DNA from: Actinobacteria bacterium HGW-Actinobacteria-7
GTDB taxonomy: Bacteria; Actinomycetota; Coriobacteriia; Anaerosomatales; PHET01
Direction of reading: 5' to 3'
NCBI GenBank assembly: GCA_002841275.1
Contig: PHET01000004.1
Location: forward strand, 87,289 to 151,288
DNA length: 64,000 bases
In this document: piece by piece, positions 37,014 to 46,656 of the stretch
How the letters are laid out: each line of letters begins with the position of its first letter
Numbering within the stretch: the stretch's first letter is position 1
The notes under the pieces: generated by a model
The model's database searches: none
Told to the model about the DNA's origin: nothing
The model's input: the letters and a program-made list of their open reading frames with translations, nothing else
Translations under genes and position numbers: made by a program

Positions 37014-38894
37014 CTACATCACCCCCGTAAATACCAGGCCGCGCGCAACCAGACCGCCCACCAGAAACGCGAGGGTGACCGAGCCGACGATCAGACCTGC
37101 GGTGTATACCCAGCCACGCTCCTTGAGCACGACCATGACACTGGCGATGCAAGGGACGAACAGCGTGATCGTGATCATCGCGACCAGCAGCTGCGGATCG
37201 CTCAGGTGCATGGTGAAGAATCCGGCCGCTCCGAAGTCTCGACGCACAAAGCCCATCACGAACGCCTGAGCTGCCTGCGGCTTGAGCATCAGCCAGCCCA
37301 CCGTCAGGGGCTCAGCAATCCGGATGATCCACCCAAGGATCCCCGTTACCTGGAGCAGCGAGATCAGCAACGCGCCCACGGCGAAGAACACGGCGACCTC
37401 GCGCATGAAGTGCCAGACCTTGATGCCGCTCTTTCGCACGACGTTGTCGAGCCGAGGGGCCCTAAGCGATGGCAGATCGATCAACAAGGCCGTCGACTGG
37501 CCGGGCACAATCTTGTTCAGTACAGTGCCCAGCGCCACAAAGATCAGCACCAGCGCACCAAGGTAGCCGGCGGCATAGAGGGGCCCGGTTCGCGCCATGA
37601 GCGCCGCGATGACGGCGATCTGGGCCGAACACGGCACCGCGATAGCCATAAGCGCCGTCGCGATGAACCGTTCGCGCTTCGAGCCCAGGATCCGAGTCGT
37701 GAGTGTACCCATCGTCACGCAGCCCAAGCCCAGAATCAGCGGGATGACCGCCCGCCCGTTCAGCCCCATCGAGGTGAGTGAGCGATCCGCGAGAGCCGCG
37801 ATTCTGGGCAGATATCCCGTGTCTTCGAGCACGGCCAGCAGCACGTAGAAGCCCGTGACCAGGGGCAGAATCACGCCAATAAGGTAGGTTGGCGTCATCG
37901 TCAGCACGCCGAACTCGCCTGCCAAGACAGTGAAGAGCCAGGAACCCGGCGCTGTGAACGCCCCCACGGCACGTTCTACCAGTGGGACCCAGTAGCCTTT
38001 CATAACAGTGTTCTCGAGCACGCCCACCACGCCTCCGGCGATCCACTGTCCCAACACGACCCACATCGCGTACAAGAGCGCGAGCAGCATGGGCACACCG
38101 GTGAGCGGATGCATCATCGCGTGACTGAGCTTCGCCGAGAAGCTCGCTCCGCGAACCTCCTCGGTGATCACGTGGTGGCAGATATCATTCACCCGGTCGC
38201 GGCGGCGGAGATAGATCTCATCGCGGGACACACCCGGACCGATCCCGTGACGTTCGCTGATGACCTCGTCGCCCTCAAGCACCATGAGCGCCTCGGCTCT
38301 CGAACCCACTCTGGAGGCCATCTCGACGAGTGCGATCTCGAGGTCGTGATCCGAGCGTCCCGTCCGCGCACGATCTAGCGACTCCCTCAGTTCGTCGATC
38401 CCTCGGCCTTCGATGGCCACCGTCTCGACTACAGGAACCCCAAGAAGATCCTCGAGTAGGTCCCGGTCGATTCCGACCCCGCGCTTACGCGCTTCGTCGG
38501 CCATGTTCAGCGCCACAACCATGCGCTTGCCCATGTCGACCAGTTGTAGCGTCAGGAAGAGGTCTCGCTCGAGATGCACGGCGTCGACCACATTCACGAC
38601 CACGTCACCGGTCAGAATGATGTCCCGCGCTACTCGCTCTTCATCGTTGAAGCTCGACACCCCGTAGACGCCCGGAGTGTCGACGACGTCGATGTCGCCG
38701 TAGCGGCCGCGCGTGAGCTCGACTGTTGTGCCGGGAAAGTTGGAAACGTCGACATACGTCCCCGTGAAAGCATTGAACACGACGGACTTGCCAACGTTGG
38801 GGTTGCCGGCGAGTACGATCGTCTCGCACCCGGGTCTGGCGTCGGTACCGCCCGGAATGTGGCAGTGGGCCGATGACTCACTGGGTCGGGCCAT
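37014..38894 (-). CDS. feoB: Ferrous iron transporter FeoB
   Basis: GNPNVGKS, NFPGTTV, DTPG, NMAD, LEDTGY, GCV, VPCSAQ and VPCIA motifs. Confidence 0.95.
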   Translation of the reverse strand: MARPSESSAHCHIPGGTDARPGCETIVLAGNPNVGKSVVFNAFTGTYVDVSNFPGTTVELTRGRYGDIDVVDTPGVYGVSSFNDEERVARDIILTGDVVVNVVDAVHLERDLFLTLQLVDMGKRMVVALNMADEARKRGVGIDRDLLEDLLGVPVVETVAIEGRGIDELRESLDRARTGRSDHDLEIALVEMASRVGSRAEALMVLEGDEVISERHGIGPGVSRDEIYLRRRDRVNDICHHVITEEVRGASFSAKLSHAMMHPLTGVPMLLALLYAMWVVLGQWIAGGVVGVLENTVMKGYWVPLVERAVGAFTAPGSWLFTVLAGEFGVLTMTPTYLIGVILPLVTGFYVLLAVLEDTGYLPRIAALADRSLTSMGLNGRAVIPLILGLGCVTMGTLTTRILGSKRERFIATALMAIAVPCSAQIAVIAALMARTGPLYAAGYLGALVLIFVALGTVLNKIVPGQSTALLIDLPSLRAPRLDNVVRKSGIKVWHFMREVAVFFAVGALLISLLQVTGILGWIIRIAEPLTVGWLMLKPQAAQAFVMGFVRRDFGAAGFFTMHLSDPQLLVAMITITLFVPCIASVMVVLKERGWVYTAGLIVGSVTLAFLVGGLVARGLVFTGVM

Positions 38895-38962
38895 TATGGA
38901 TTCTCCTCATGATGCAGATTGTCTCGTGAAGACAAGTGACCGGTCCGAACTCGCGGAATACG

Positions 38963-39244
38963 TCAATTCCGCACGGCGCGGTCATGATCTGGTCGGCGAC
39001 GCACTTGGATGCGCTCGGCGAGTCCGCGGCCAACCGCTATCTCCTGGCGGCCGCTCTTGAGCACGATCGGCCCGGCAGGTACTCGCGTCAGACACTCGAC
39101 GCTGGCACCCGCCGACATCCCGAACCGCAGCGCCTGGACGCGGGCCAAGTCGTCATCCACCGAGACTATCTCGAAATGTTCGCCTTTTCGGGCGCAGCTC
39201 AATGCACAGGTCTCGCAGAACTGTTGCTCGGTCTTCTCTACCAT
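38963..39244 (-). CDS. feoA: Ferrous iron transport protein FeoA
   Basis: LRFGMSAG...PAGPIVL...EIAVGRGLA; lies upstream of feoB. Confidence 0.9.
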   Translation of the reverse strand: MVEKTEQQFCETCALSCARKGEHFEIVSVDDDLARVQALRFGMSAGASVECLTRVPAGPIVLKSGRQEIAVGRGLAERIQVRRRPDHDRAVRN

Positions 39245-39271
39245 CGGGAGTTCTCCTTGTGCAAGCGTCGT

Positions 39272-39289
39272 ACTTAGTATGTGCTAAGT
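39272..39289. promoter_or_regulatory. Palindromic operator upstream of feoA, DtxR/MntR-family-like
   Basis: ACTTAG-TATGTG-CTAAGT (TTAG-N6-CTAA). Confidence 0.6.
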
Positions 39290-39400
39290 CTTGCTGAATG
39301 CACATACTATGCCGAGATGACTCTGGCGGTCAAGGAAGTGTCCCCGACGGCAGTACCGTGCCCCACGCGTACAGCGCACTCACTTCTCCGACCGAGGAAT

Positions 39401-39428
39401 TCAAACCAGCGCGCTGTAATGCCGATAC
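39401..39428 (+). promoter_or_regulatory. Putative sigma28 promoter for the GGDEF-EAL gene
   Basis: TCAAA-N15-GCCGATAC, 13 nt before ATG 39442. Confidence 0.55.
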
Positions 39429-39441
39429 CTGTACAGTTAGC

Positions 39442-42327
39442 ATGGTTAAGCAACAGAGCCGCCGGGTCGGGGGACCCGCTGATTCGTCAGGACGGGAACC
39501 ATTGCGGAGTGTCTCGATTCGAACGCGCATCGTGCTCGCCATGGCGCTCGTGGGCGTCGCGGCATTCGGAAGCATGATCGTCGCGCTCAACGCCGACTAT
39601 CACACCCAGGTCGATCGGGCTGCCAACGACGCGCTCCTCAATTCTCGCCTCGCCTTCAGCGCCCTGATTGAGCACGACACCGAGAAGCTGACCGCTGTTC
39701 TCGAGACTGTTATGAGCCGAGACGACCTGCGGCAGGCGTTGGCAGCGCGCGACAAGAGACGACTCCTCGAGCTCAGTAATCCCCTCTACGCAGAGCTCGA
39801 ACGGCGCTACGGAGTCACGCACCTCTACTTCATCGCACCCGACGGCAGGGTTGTCCTGCGAACTCACCGGCCGTCGCAGTCAGGTGACCTCATCGCACAG
39901 ACGACTTTCACGGAAGCTCAGCGGACAGAAACGTTCGGTGCCGGACTCGAGCTGGGGCTGACCGCATACGCGTTGCGCGTCGTGCACCCCGTCACACTCA
40001 CTGACGGCACCCCGGATTCCAGCCACCCATCCACTGAGCCGGTAGTGGGATACATCGAGGTTGCCGAGGACGTCGGGCCGTTTCTCCAGGAGTTGAAGCA
40101 GCAGGACGGCGGCGATTTCGGCTTGCTGTTGGACAAGAAGTCGCTGAATCGCAAGGCCTGGGCAAAGATGCGCTCGGAGAACAGCCAGCCCGATGATTGG
40201 GACGACCGCTCCGCCCAGGTACTGGCCGTGTCAACCAACGTCTCGCTGTCTGACCGTATGCGCTACCCCGGTGCACTTTCATCACTTCCCTCAGAGGGCC
40301 GGGTTCTCGGCGTGACAACGCAGAACGGGCTGACAAAGGCCACCTGCGTCTACCCGGTCTCTGATGCGGCCGGAAAGAGCAGTGGAGCCATAGTCGTCAT
40401 CCATGACCTCAGTCCGGTCACCGCCCAGCTGCGTGACCGTGAGCTCCGAACCGCCGCCATCATGCTCATATCGGGAGCCGCGCTTCTCATGGCCGTGCTG
40501 CTGCTGGTCAACCGCCTGGTCTTTGCCCGGCTGTATGCGATGGATGCTCACATCGGGCCATCGTCGCCCGGCGTGATGCCATTCCCAATTGAAGGCGATG
40601 ACGGCATCGGCCGTGACGAGATCGGGCAGTTCGAGCAGGAACTCGCCCAGAGCCGGCGTGGACTCGAACTACAGTCCGCCCTGCTGAACAACGCAAGTGA
40701 GTCCTTCCTCGCGCTGGATGAGCGGGGCACTATCGTTTACGTGAACGAGGCCGCATGTGTCTCCCGCGGGTACGCTCCCGACGAACTGCTGGGGATGTCG
40801 GCCGGGATTCTGGTCTCCGACGCCTACCGAGCAGCCGTTCCGACTTTCATCAAAGGCATTCTTAGCACCGGGCACGGACGCTTCGAGTCTGAGCACAAGA
40901 CCAAGGGCGGACGCGTCTTCCCCGTCGAGATTCACGCCAAGAGCATCTCAACCGCTGGGCGGAACGTGATTGCCGCCGAAGTCCGCGATCTGAGTGAGCG
41001 CAAAGAGTCTGAGGCCACGATCAAGCGGCTGGCCTACTACGATTCGCTCACAGGGCTCGCCAACAGACGGCTACTGGACGACCGCATCGCGATGGCGCTG
41101 GCCCATGCCGCTCGCGCCGATTCGTCCTTAGCCGTAGTGTTCGTCGATGTCGACGGCCTGAAGACAATCAACGACTCAATGGGCCACCCGGCCGGCGACC
41201 GCGTGCTCAAGGAGGCAGCAAGGCGTCTCTCTCAGATCGTCCGGGAAGAAGACACCGTGTCGCGCATGGGTGGTGACGAGTTCGTGATACTCGTCACCGA
41301 CGTTGGCCCGGAAGAGGCCCAGGAGTTCGCAGAGCGGGTAGCGGGGGTCTTCGCCCCCCCCATGTTCATTGCAGGCAAGAGAATCTCAGTCACAGCCTCT
41401 GTGGGAATCGCCGTTCGCGAAGAAGGCGATTCCACCTCAGACTCGCTGATCCGGCGCGCCGATGCGGCGATGTACGCGGTCAAGCAGTCTGGTGGGCACG
41501 GGCATCGAGTGTTCCAACCTCAGATGACCGCAACCTCTGATGCAACGCGTTTCGCCCTTCGCACAGAGATCAGAGATTCCTTCGACAAAGGTCAGTTCTC
41601 CCTCCGTTATCAGCCGCAAGTGCGGCTCGAGGACGGCGTGATTTCGGGAGTCGAGGCACTTCTGCGCTGGGAGCACCCCACGAAAGGCAACATACCGCCA
41701 GGCGAGTTCATCGCGGTAGCCGAGGAGGCCGGCCTGATCGTCCCCATCGGCACGTGGGTCATAGACACGGCATGCCGCCAGGCGATGCGGTGGCGCGATT
41801 CGGGGCTGGATATCCGCATGAACGTGAACGTCTCAGCCTGGCAGTTCCTGCACGGCGATCTGGTCGGAATCGTCGCGTCGTGTCTCGCGAGCAGTGGTCT
41901 GCCTGCAGAGAGACTTGAGCTCGAGATTACCGAGGGCACCGCGCTCAGTGACTCCGCTGACGTGCAGAAATCGCTGGACGGGCTCAAAGAGCTGGGGGTC
42001 CGCATCGCCATCGACGACTTCGGAATCGGCTACTCCTCGCTTGGAATCATCGACCGCATGTCGGTTCACTCGTTGAAGATCGACAAGCTGTTCGTCTCAC
42101 AGATGGTCGCCCGACCGCAGAGCAGGGCCATCGTGGGCACGATCATCGGGCTCGCGCGCTTCCTGAACCTGCTCGTCGTGGCAGAAGGCGTGGAGAGCGT
42201 CGATCAACTCGCCGCTCTTGGGGAGCTGGACTGTGCCGAGGCGCAGGGTTATCTGCTCAGCCGAGCGGTCACGCCCGATGAGATCGCGAGACTGGCAACA
42301 GAAGTCGTGGACCTGCGACCCAGCTGA
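39442..42327 (+). CDS. Membrane sensor diguanylate cyclase/phosphodiesterase (dCache-PAS-GGDEF-EAL)
   Basis: Two TM helices flank a Cache-like domain; PAS region; YDSLTGLANR, RMGGDEF, EALLRW, DDFGIGYSS and AEGVE motifs. Confidence 0.9.
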   Translation: MVKQQSRRVGGPADSSGREPLRSVSIRTRIVLAMALVGVAAFGSMIVALNADYHTQVDRAANDALLNSRLAFSALIEHDTEKLTAVLETVMSRDDLRQALAARDKRRLLELSNPLYAELERRYGVTHLYFIAPDGRVVLRTHRPSQSGDLIAQTTFTEAQRTETFGAGLELGLTAYALRVVHPVTLTDGTPDSSHPSTEPVVGYIEVAEDVGPFLQELKQQDGGDFGLLLDKKSLNRKAWAKMRSENSQPDDWDDRSAQVLAVSTNVSLSDRMRYPGALSSLPSEGRVLGVTTQNGLTKATCVYPVSDAAGKSSGAIVVIHDLSPVTAQLRDRELRTAAIMLISGAALLMAVLLLVNRLVFARLYAMDAHIGPSSPGVMPFPIEGDDGIGRDEIGQFEQELAQSRRGLELQSALLNNASESFLALDERGTIVYVNEAACVSRGYAPDELLGMSAGILVSDAYRAAVPTFIKGILSTGHGRFESEHKTKGGRVFPVEIHAKSISTAGRNVIAAEVRDLSERKESEATIKRLAYYDSLTGLANRRLLDDRIAMALAHAARADSSLAVVFVDVDGLKTINDSMGHPAGDRVLKEAARRLSQIVREEDTVSRMGGDEFVILVTDVGPEEAQEFAERVAGVFAPPMFIAGKRISVTASVGIAVREEGDSTSDSLIRRADAAMYAVKQSGGHGHRVFQPQMTATSDATRFALRTEIRDSFDKGQFSLRYQPQVRLEDGVISGVEALLRWEHPTKGNIPPGEFIAVAEEAGLIVPIGTWVIDTACRQAMRWRDSGLDIRMNVNVSAWQFLHGDLVGIVASCLASSGLPAERLELEITEGTALSDSADVQKSLDGLKELGVRIAIDDFGIGYSSLGIIDRMSVHSLKIDKLFVSQMVARPQSRAIVGTIIGLARFLNLLVVAEGVESVDQLAALGELDCAEAQGYLLSRAVTPDEIARLATEVVDLRPS

Positions 42328-42347
42328 CCGCCCGACTTCCCCTGAAC

Positions 42348-42929
42348 CTAGATTCCGTCGGGATCGGGTACGTACCCCTCCGCCTGCACGAACGCCGGAC
42401 CCAGGCGCTCTCCCAGTCGGTAGTACTCGAAGTTGTGCATAGAGAAGATGAGCGGGTCGACTTTCGCCATGTTGGGCAGACCCTCGTCGAGGACATCCTC
42501 CTCGACGTAGGCGCCGGCGATTCGGCCAATGTAGGCACGGTTGTTCTGAAACTCAATAACATCGACCAGCTCGCACTCAAGGCAAACCGGGCAGGCCTGG
42601 ACCATCGGAGCGCTCGAAAGGTCTCCATAAAACGACTTGAACAGTCTGGACTTGTCGACTTCGCGCCCGGTCTTGGTCCCTGCGTAGTCCACTGCGGCAC
42701 GCAGACTCACGGAGGGAGTGTTCACCGAGAAGGCCGCATGCACTTCGATGCCGGGGTTGCTGTGGTGGTTCTTGGTCAAAGCCACGCATATGGTGGGCGG
42801 TTCATGATCGACGGCCCCCACATACGTCGCGCACATGAAGTTGGGCTTGCCCTGCAAATCGTGAGAACCAATGATGACAAGTGGCATAGGGTAGAGGTAG
42901 GTGCCTACGTCAATACGCTTCTTCGCCAT
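42348..42929 (-). CDS. Flavin reductase / flavoredoxin family protein
   Basis: LYPMPLVIIG, FSVNTPS and APMVQACPVCLEC motifs. Confidence 0.88.
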   Translation of the reverse strand: MAKKRIDVGTYLYPMPLVIIGSHDLQGKPNFMCATYVGAVDHEPPTICVALTKNHHSNPGIEVHAAFSVNTPSVSLRAAVDYAGTKTGREVDKSRLFKSFYGDLSSAPMVQACPVCLECELVDVIEFQNNRAYIGRIAGAYVEEDVLDEGLPNMAKVDPLIFSMHNFEYYRLGERLGPAFVQAEGYVPDPDGI

Positions 42930-42952
42930 TGAGACTCCTGTTTGTCAGACCA

Positions 42953-43300
42953 TCAGATCGCGGCGGTGATGCCCTCCAGGGCGGCGCGCAGACGTTCCGG
43001 CCGAAAAGGCGGGGGAATCCGCAGGGCACTACCCTCTCCAGCCGCATTGTCGTTGATGACGATCACGGGGATGTTCCGCGTGTTCATCGTCTGCATCATC
43101 CCACATGCCTGCGCCATGTCGGCGTCAACGACCACCGCCTGTGGAGCGCGTTCCGCGATCTTCTCCGCAGCAACCTCGCAGGTGGAAGCACGTCGGATGA
43201 GAACCCCCCAGTAGCTTCCCACGGTGAACGTCACAAGAGACATCACCGCGTCAGAGTCCGTGACCACCAAGACATCTGTCACCGCCACATTATGGGCCAT
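42953..43300 (-). CDS. Hypothetical protein, degenerate receiver (CheY-like) domain
   Basis: VLVVTD, PQAVVVDADM, TRNIPVIVI and PPFRPERL follow the receiver fold pattern. Confidence 0.5.
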   Translation of the reverse strand: MAHNVAVTDVLVVTDSDAVMSLVTFTVGSYWGVLIRRASTCEVAAEKIAERAPQAVVVDADMAQACGMMQTMNTRNIPVIVINDNAAGEGSALRIPPPFRPERLRAALEGITAAI

Positions 43301-43371
43301 TACTGGCCAAAACGGGCACGCCCCTTGTCTGAAGCTCGCAACTTTGCAGTTCAAAAGGGGTATTCTCCGCC

Positions 43372-44271
43372 ATGAGAGCGCCCCGATTCCGCGAGAAAGA
43401 GACCCCCTTGGCCTACGCTGCCTTTTCTGAACTCCTTGCCGCCGCCGAACTGTCCGGCTCGCTTTCCGCTTCCGCAATCGATCGCGAGACCGCAGAGACC
43501 GCTGTCGCCCCTGCCCAGCTACGCGTACGCATGGCCGAGACGCTCACGGTCATGCGTGAGGCCGTCGCCACCGGGCTTCTCGGCGAGTCACGCTCGCGCT
43601 CGGGGTTGACGGGCGGTGACGCCAAACGGGTTGCCGAGTCCACCTCCGGGCCCGTTTCCGGGGTCTTCCAGACAGCCATCGCCGCTGCGCTCGCCACCGT
43701 TGAGGTCAACGCCGCGATGGGTCGCATCGTCGCGGCACCGACCGGCGGCGCTTCAGGTGTTCTGCCGGCGGTCATCCTCACTGTCGGTGCAGACCGCGGA
43801 TCGAGCGAGGACGAACTGGTTGACGCGCTGTTCACCGCTGCGGCCATCGGAGGCATCATCGCCGCCCGTGCCACGCTTTCAGGTGCGGCGGGCGGGTGCC
43901 AGGCCGAGGTGGGCTCGGCTGCGGCAATGGCGGCGGCTGCTGCAACCCAGCTCTGTGGGGGAACTCCAGAGCAGATAGGGCACGCTGCGTCACTTGCCCT
44001 ACAGGGCCTGATGGGTCTGGTCTGCGACCCCGTGGCAGGGCTGGTCGAGGTCCCGTGCGTCCACCGAAACGGCACCGGATGCGCACTTTCTTTAGCGGCT
44101 GCACAGATGGCCTTAGCAGGGATTATCTTTCCTGTACCGCTTGACGAGGTCATAGACGCACAGTCTTTGGTAGGGCGTTCGCTATCTCCATCGTTACGAG
44201 AGACCGCGCAAGGAGGTCTGGCAATCACGCCCACCGGACGTGATCTTGCCGAAAAGGCCCGGAGAAAGTGA
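43372..44271 (+). CDS. sdaAA: L-serine dehydratase, Fe-S dependent, alpha subunit (alternative start TTG 43408)
   Basis: EVNAAMGRIVAAPTGGASG, GGCQAEVG, GLVCDPVAGLVEVPC and LRETAQGGLA motifs. Confidence 0.93.
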   Translation: MRAPRFREKETPLAYAAFSELLAAAELSGSLSASAIDRETAETAVAPAQLRVRMAETLTVMREAVATGLLGESRSRSGLTGGDAKRVAESTSGPVSGVFQTAIAAALATVEVNAAMGRIVAAPTGGASGVLPAVILTVGADRGSSEDELVDALFTAAAIGGIIAARATLSGAAGGCQAEVGSAAAMAAAAATQLCGGTPEQIGHAASLALQGLMGLVCDPVAGLVEVPCVHRNGTGCALSLAAAQMALAGIIFPVPLDEVIDAQSLVGRSLSPSLRETAQGGLAITPTGRDLAEKARRK

Positions 44272-44275
44272 TCTG

Positions 44276-44956
44276 ATGAGTTTGACCGAGCACCCAAGTT
44301 CTGAGACGACCAGGGCCGCCGAGGACCTCGCGTTGTGCGCCCACGATCTGCGGGGGACGCTCACCGTCATCAGCGGATACGCGAACACGCTTCGCCGCCA
44401 CGGAGACCTCTCTGAGTCCCAGCGGGAACAGGCGCTCTCGGGAATCGAAGCTGCCGTTGCACGTGCTGACGGGATTATCGAAGACACTCTGGACGGGCGC
44501 GTGCGCGCCGGCTCAGGCTCGGGCGCAGTAAGCCTCGACGCCCTGATCCGACGTTCCGTCGCAGACGCTCGGGCGGCGACCGGCCGTGAAGTCAAGGAAC
44601 ACATCACCGCAACCCCCGTGGTCACTGGCGACGAACTCGCTCTCGCGCGCGTGCTCGACAACCTGCTGTCAAATGCAGCCAAGTACGCGCCCGAGGGAAA
44701 CATCGACGTGACTCTGTCTGTCGAGAATCCGGTCGCAATCATCGAGGTCGCGGACCGCGGCCCCGGCATCCCGCGTGCGGACCGGAAGCGAGTGCTTGAG
44801 CCCTTCATGCGACTGGAGCGCGACCAGAAGGCGCCGGGCACGGGACTTGGCCTGACGGTGGTCAAGAGCGTGGTTTCGCGGTTCGGCGGCTATGTCCAGA
44901 TATCTGACCGCAGGGGCGGCGGGGCGGCGATTCGGCTCTACCTGCCGCTCATCTAG
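44276..44956 (+). CDS. Soluble histidine kinase (HisKA + HATPase only)
   Basis: AHDLRGTLT, NLLSNAAKY, DRGPGI and GTGLGL motifs. Confidence 0.85.
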   Translation: MSLTEHPSSETTRAAEDLALCAHDLRGTLTVISGYANTLRRHGDLSESQREQALSGIEAAVARADGIIEDTLDGRVRAGSGSGAVSLDALIRRSVADARAATGREVKEHITATPVVTGDELALARVLDNLLSNAAKYAPEGNIDVTLSVENPVAIIEVADRGPGIPRADRKRVLEPFMRLERDQKAPGTGLGLTVVKSVVSRFGGYVQISDRRGGGAAIRLYLPLI

Positions 44957-45897
44957 CGACGCGGCTCCATCGCAAGTCCCACGAGTCGCGCGCACAGATC
45001 CGGGAACTCGATGCCTGCGGCGCGCGCAGCGTCCGGCAACAACGAAGTACTGGTCATCCCGGGAATGGTGTTGGTCTCCAGGACGTAGATGTCTTCGTCT
45101 GAAGTCACGATCAGGTCGGTCCGCGACATCCCCCTGCAACCCAGCACATCATGAGCGATCACCGAGAGTCGCTCGCACTCGCGTCTGGCTGCCTCGCTCA
45201 CCCTCGCGGGAATGATGTGCCGCGACATGCCCGGGGTGTATTTGCTGTCGTAGTCGTAGAACTCGTGCTCGGGAACGATTTCGAGCGTCGGCAGGGCGAT
45301 GGGGTGCTCGTTGCCCAACACGCCCACGGTAATCTCGGTTCCCGCAACGAAGCGTTCGACTAGAACGCTGCGGTCGTAATTGAACGCCAGACCGATGGCA
45401 GCGGGAAGTTCCGCATACTCGTGCACGATGGTCACGCCAATCGCGGATCCCTCGTTGGCTGGTTTGACTACGGTCTTGGGCCCCAGCTTGTCCACGATTC
45501 GGTCGAATTCGACCTCGTCGCCCCGCTTGACGATCACGTGCTCAGGCGTGGGTATCCCCGCCGCGACGAACAGCTGCTTGCTCATCACCTTGTCCATCGC
45601 CAGCGCGCTCGCAAGAACCCCGCTGCCGACGTAGGGCAGTTCGAGTAGTTCGCACAGCCCTTGGACCGTTCCATCTTCACCGAAACGCCCATGCAGACAG
45701 ATGAAGACCACGTTGGCCTGGGCACGAGCGAGCTGTATCACGAACTCGTCGTCGCCGCTGTCGATCTCGACTACGTCGAATCCGCTGTGCCGCAGCGCCG
45801 CCGAGACCTGTGCACCGGTGTGGAGTGAGACTTCGCGCTCGGCAGACCGGCCGCCCATCAAGACTGCGACCCGGATCTCCTCGGGGTGGATGGTCAT
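44953..45897 (-). CDS. ddl: D-alanine--D-alanine ligase (canonical)
   Basis: GGRSAEREVS, LHGRFGEDG, KPANEGSAIG, FYDYDSKY and ETNTIPGMT motifs. Confidence 0.93.
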   Translation of the reverse strand: MTIHPEEIRVAVLMGGRSAEREVSLHTGAQVSAALRHSGFDVVEIDSGDDEFVIQLARAQANVVFICLHGRFGEDGTVQGLCELLELPYVGSGVLASALAMDKVMSKQLFVAAGIPTPEHVIVKRGDEVEFDRIVDKLGPKTVVKPANEGSAIGVTIVHEYAELPAAIGLAFNYDRSVLVERFVAGTEITVGVLGNEHPIALPTLEIVPEHEFYDYDSKYTPGMSRHIIPARVSEAARRECERLSVIAHDVLGCRGMSRTDLIVTSDEDIYVLETNTIPGMTSTSLLPDAARAAGIEFPDLCARLVGLAMEPRR

Positions 45898-45922
45898 ACG
45901 TCCTGCCTTTCCAAACGGGCCG

Positions 45923-46624
45923 CTAGAGCAGTCTGCCCAGTCTGAGTTGATCGAGCAGGACCAGGGCTCCCCACCACAACGCCACGCCGAGCAGCGTCGC
46001 AATCGATCCGCGCACGAGGGCCGAGACGAATAGTGACAACTTGCTGGACCCGTCCTTCTTCCATGAGCCGATCCACACCGCCACAATCAGCAGCGGACCC
46101 GCGATGGTCAGCACGAGGCCTCCCAGGACCGCCAAGGGATACAGGCTTGATTCGAACACGGCCTGCGCCTGGGGGATTTGGATGAACCGCCACACCAGCA
46201 GTGCGGCAAACACCACCCATAGCAAGTCGTATATGACGAATGGTATGGACGACACCTTGTTCGTAGTCGGCGCTGGAACCTCAGTTGGTTCCGCGCGCTG
46301 CGGCTCCGCAGCAGGCGCCGGTTCGTCCGGAACAGCAGCCTCGAGTGGTGCGTCGCCCTCGAAGTTGGCTCCCGCCTCGACGATAGCCGCAGTGACCTCG
46401 TCCTGCTCGTCGGGACCTGTCTCGGTCAGCTGAGCCTCTTCGGCTAGAACCTCAGGCTCGACGACGTCTATCTCCGGTTCAGCGTCGGCGGCCGCGTTCT
46501 CCTCGGAAGGCACTACTGGCTCCTCTGCGGAGGCCGGCATCTCCTGGGCGGAATCCGGAGTCACAGCGTCGGGCGCCGGCTCCAGCGGTTCGGTCATTTC
46601 CAGGTCCTCGGTGCCTTCGGTCAC
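45923..46624 (-). CDS. Hypothetical membrane protein with an acidic disordered N-terminus and three TM helices
   Basis: Glu/Pro/Ala-rich first ~120 aa, then hydrophobic helices; SD GAGGGGG. Confidence 0.7.
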   Translation of the reverse strand: MTEGTEDLEMTEPLEPAPDAVTPDSAQEMPASAEEPVVPSEENAAADAEPEIDVVEPEVLAEEAQLTETGPDEQDEVTAAIVEAGANFEGDAPLEAAVPDEPAPAAEPQRAEPTEVPAPTTNKVSSIPFVIYDLLWVVFAALLVWRFIQIPQAQAVFESSLYPLAVLGGLVLTIAGPLLIVAVWIGSWKKDGSSKLSLFVSALVRGSIATLLGVALWWGALVLLDQLRLGRLL

Positions 46625-46656
46625 ACGTCCCCCTCGGGTAGGCAGCTCACGACAGT

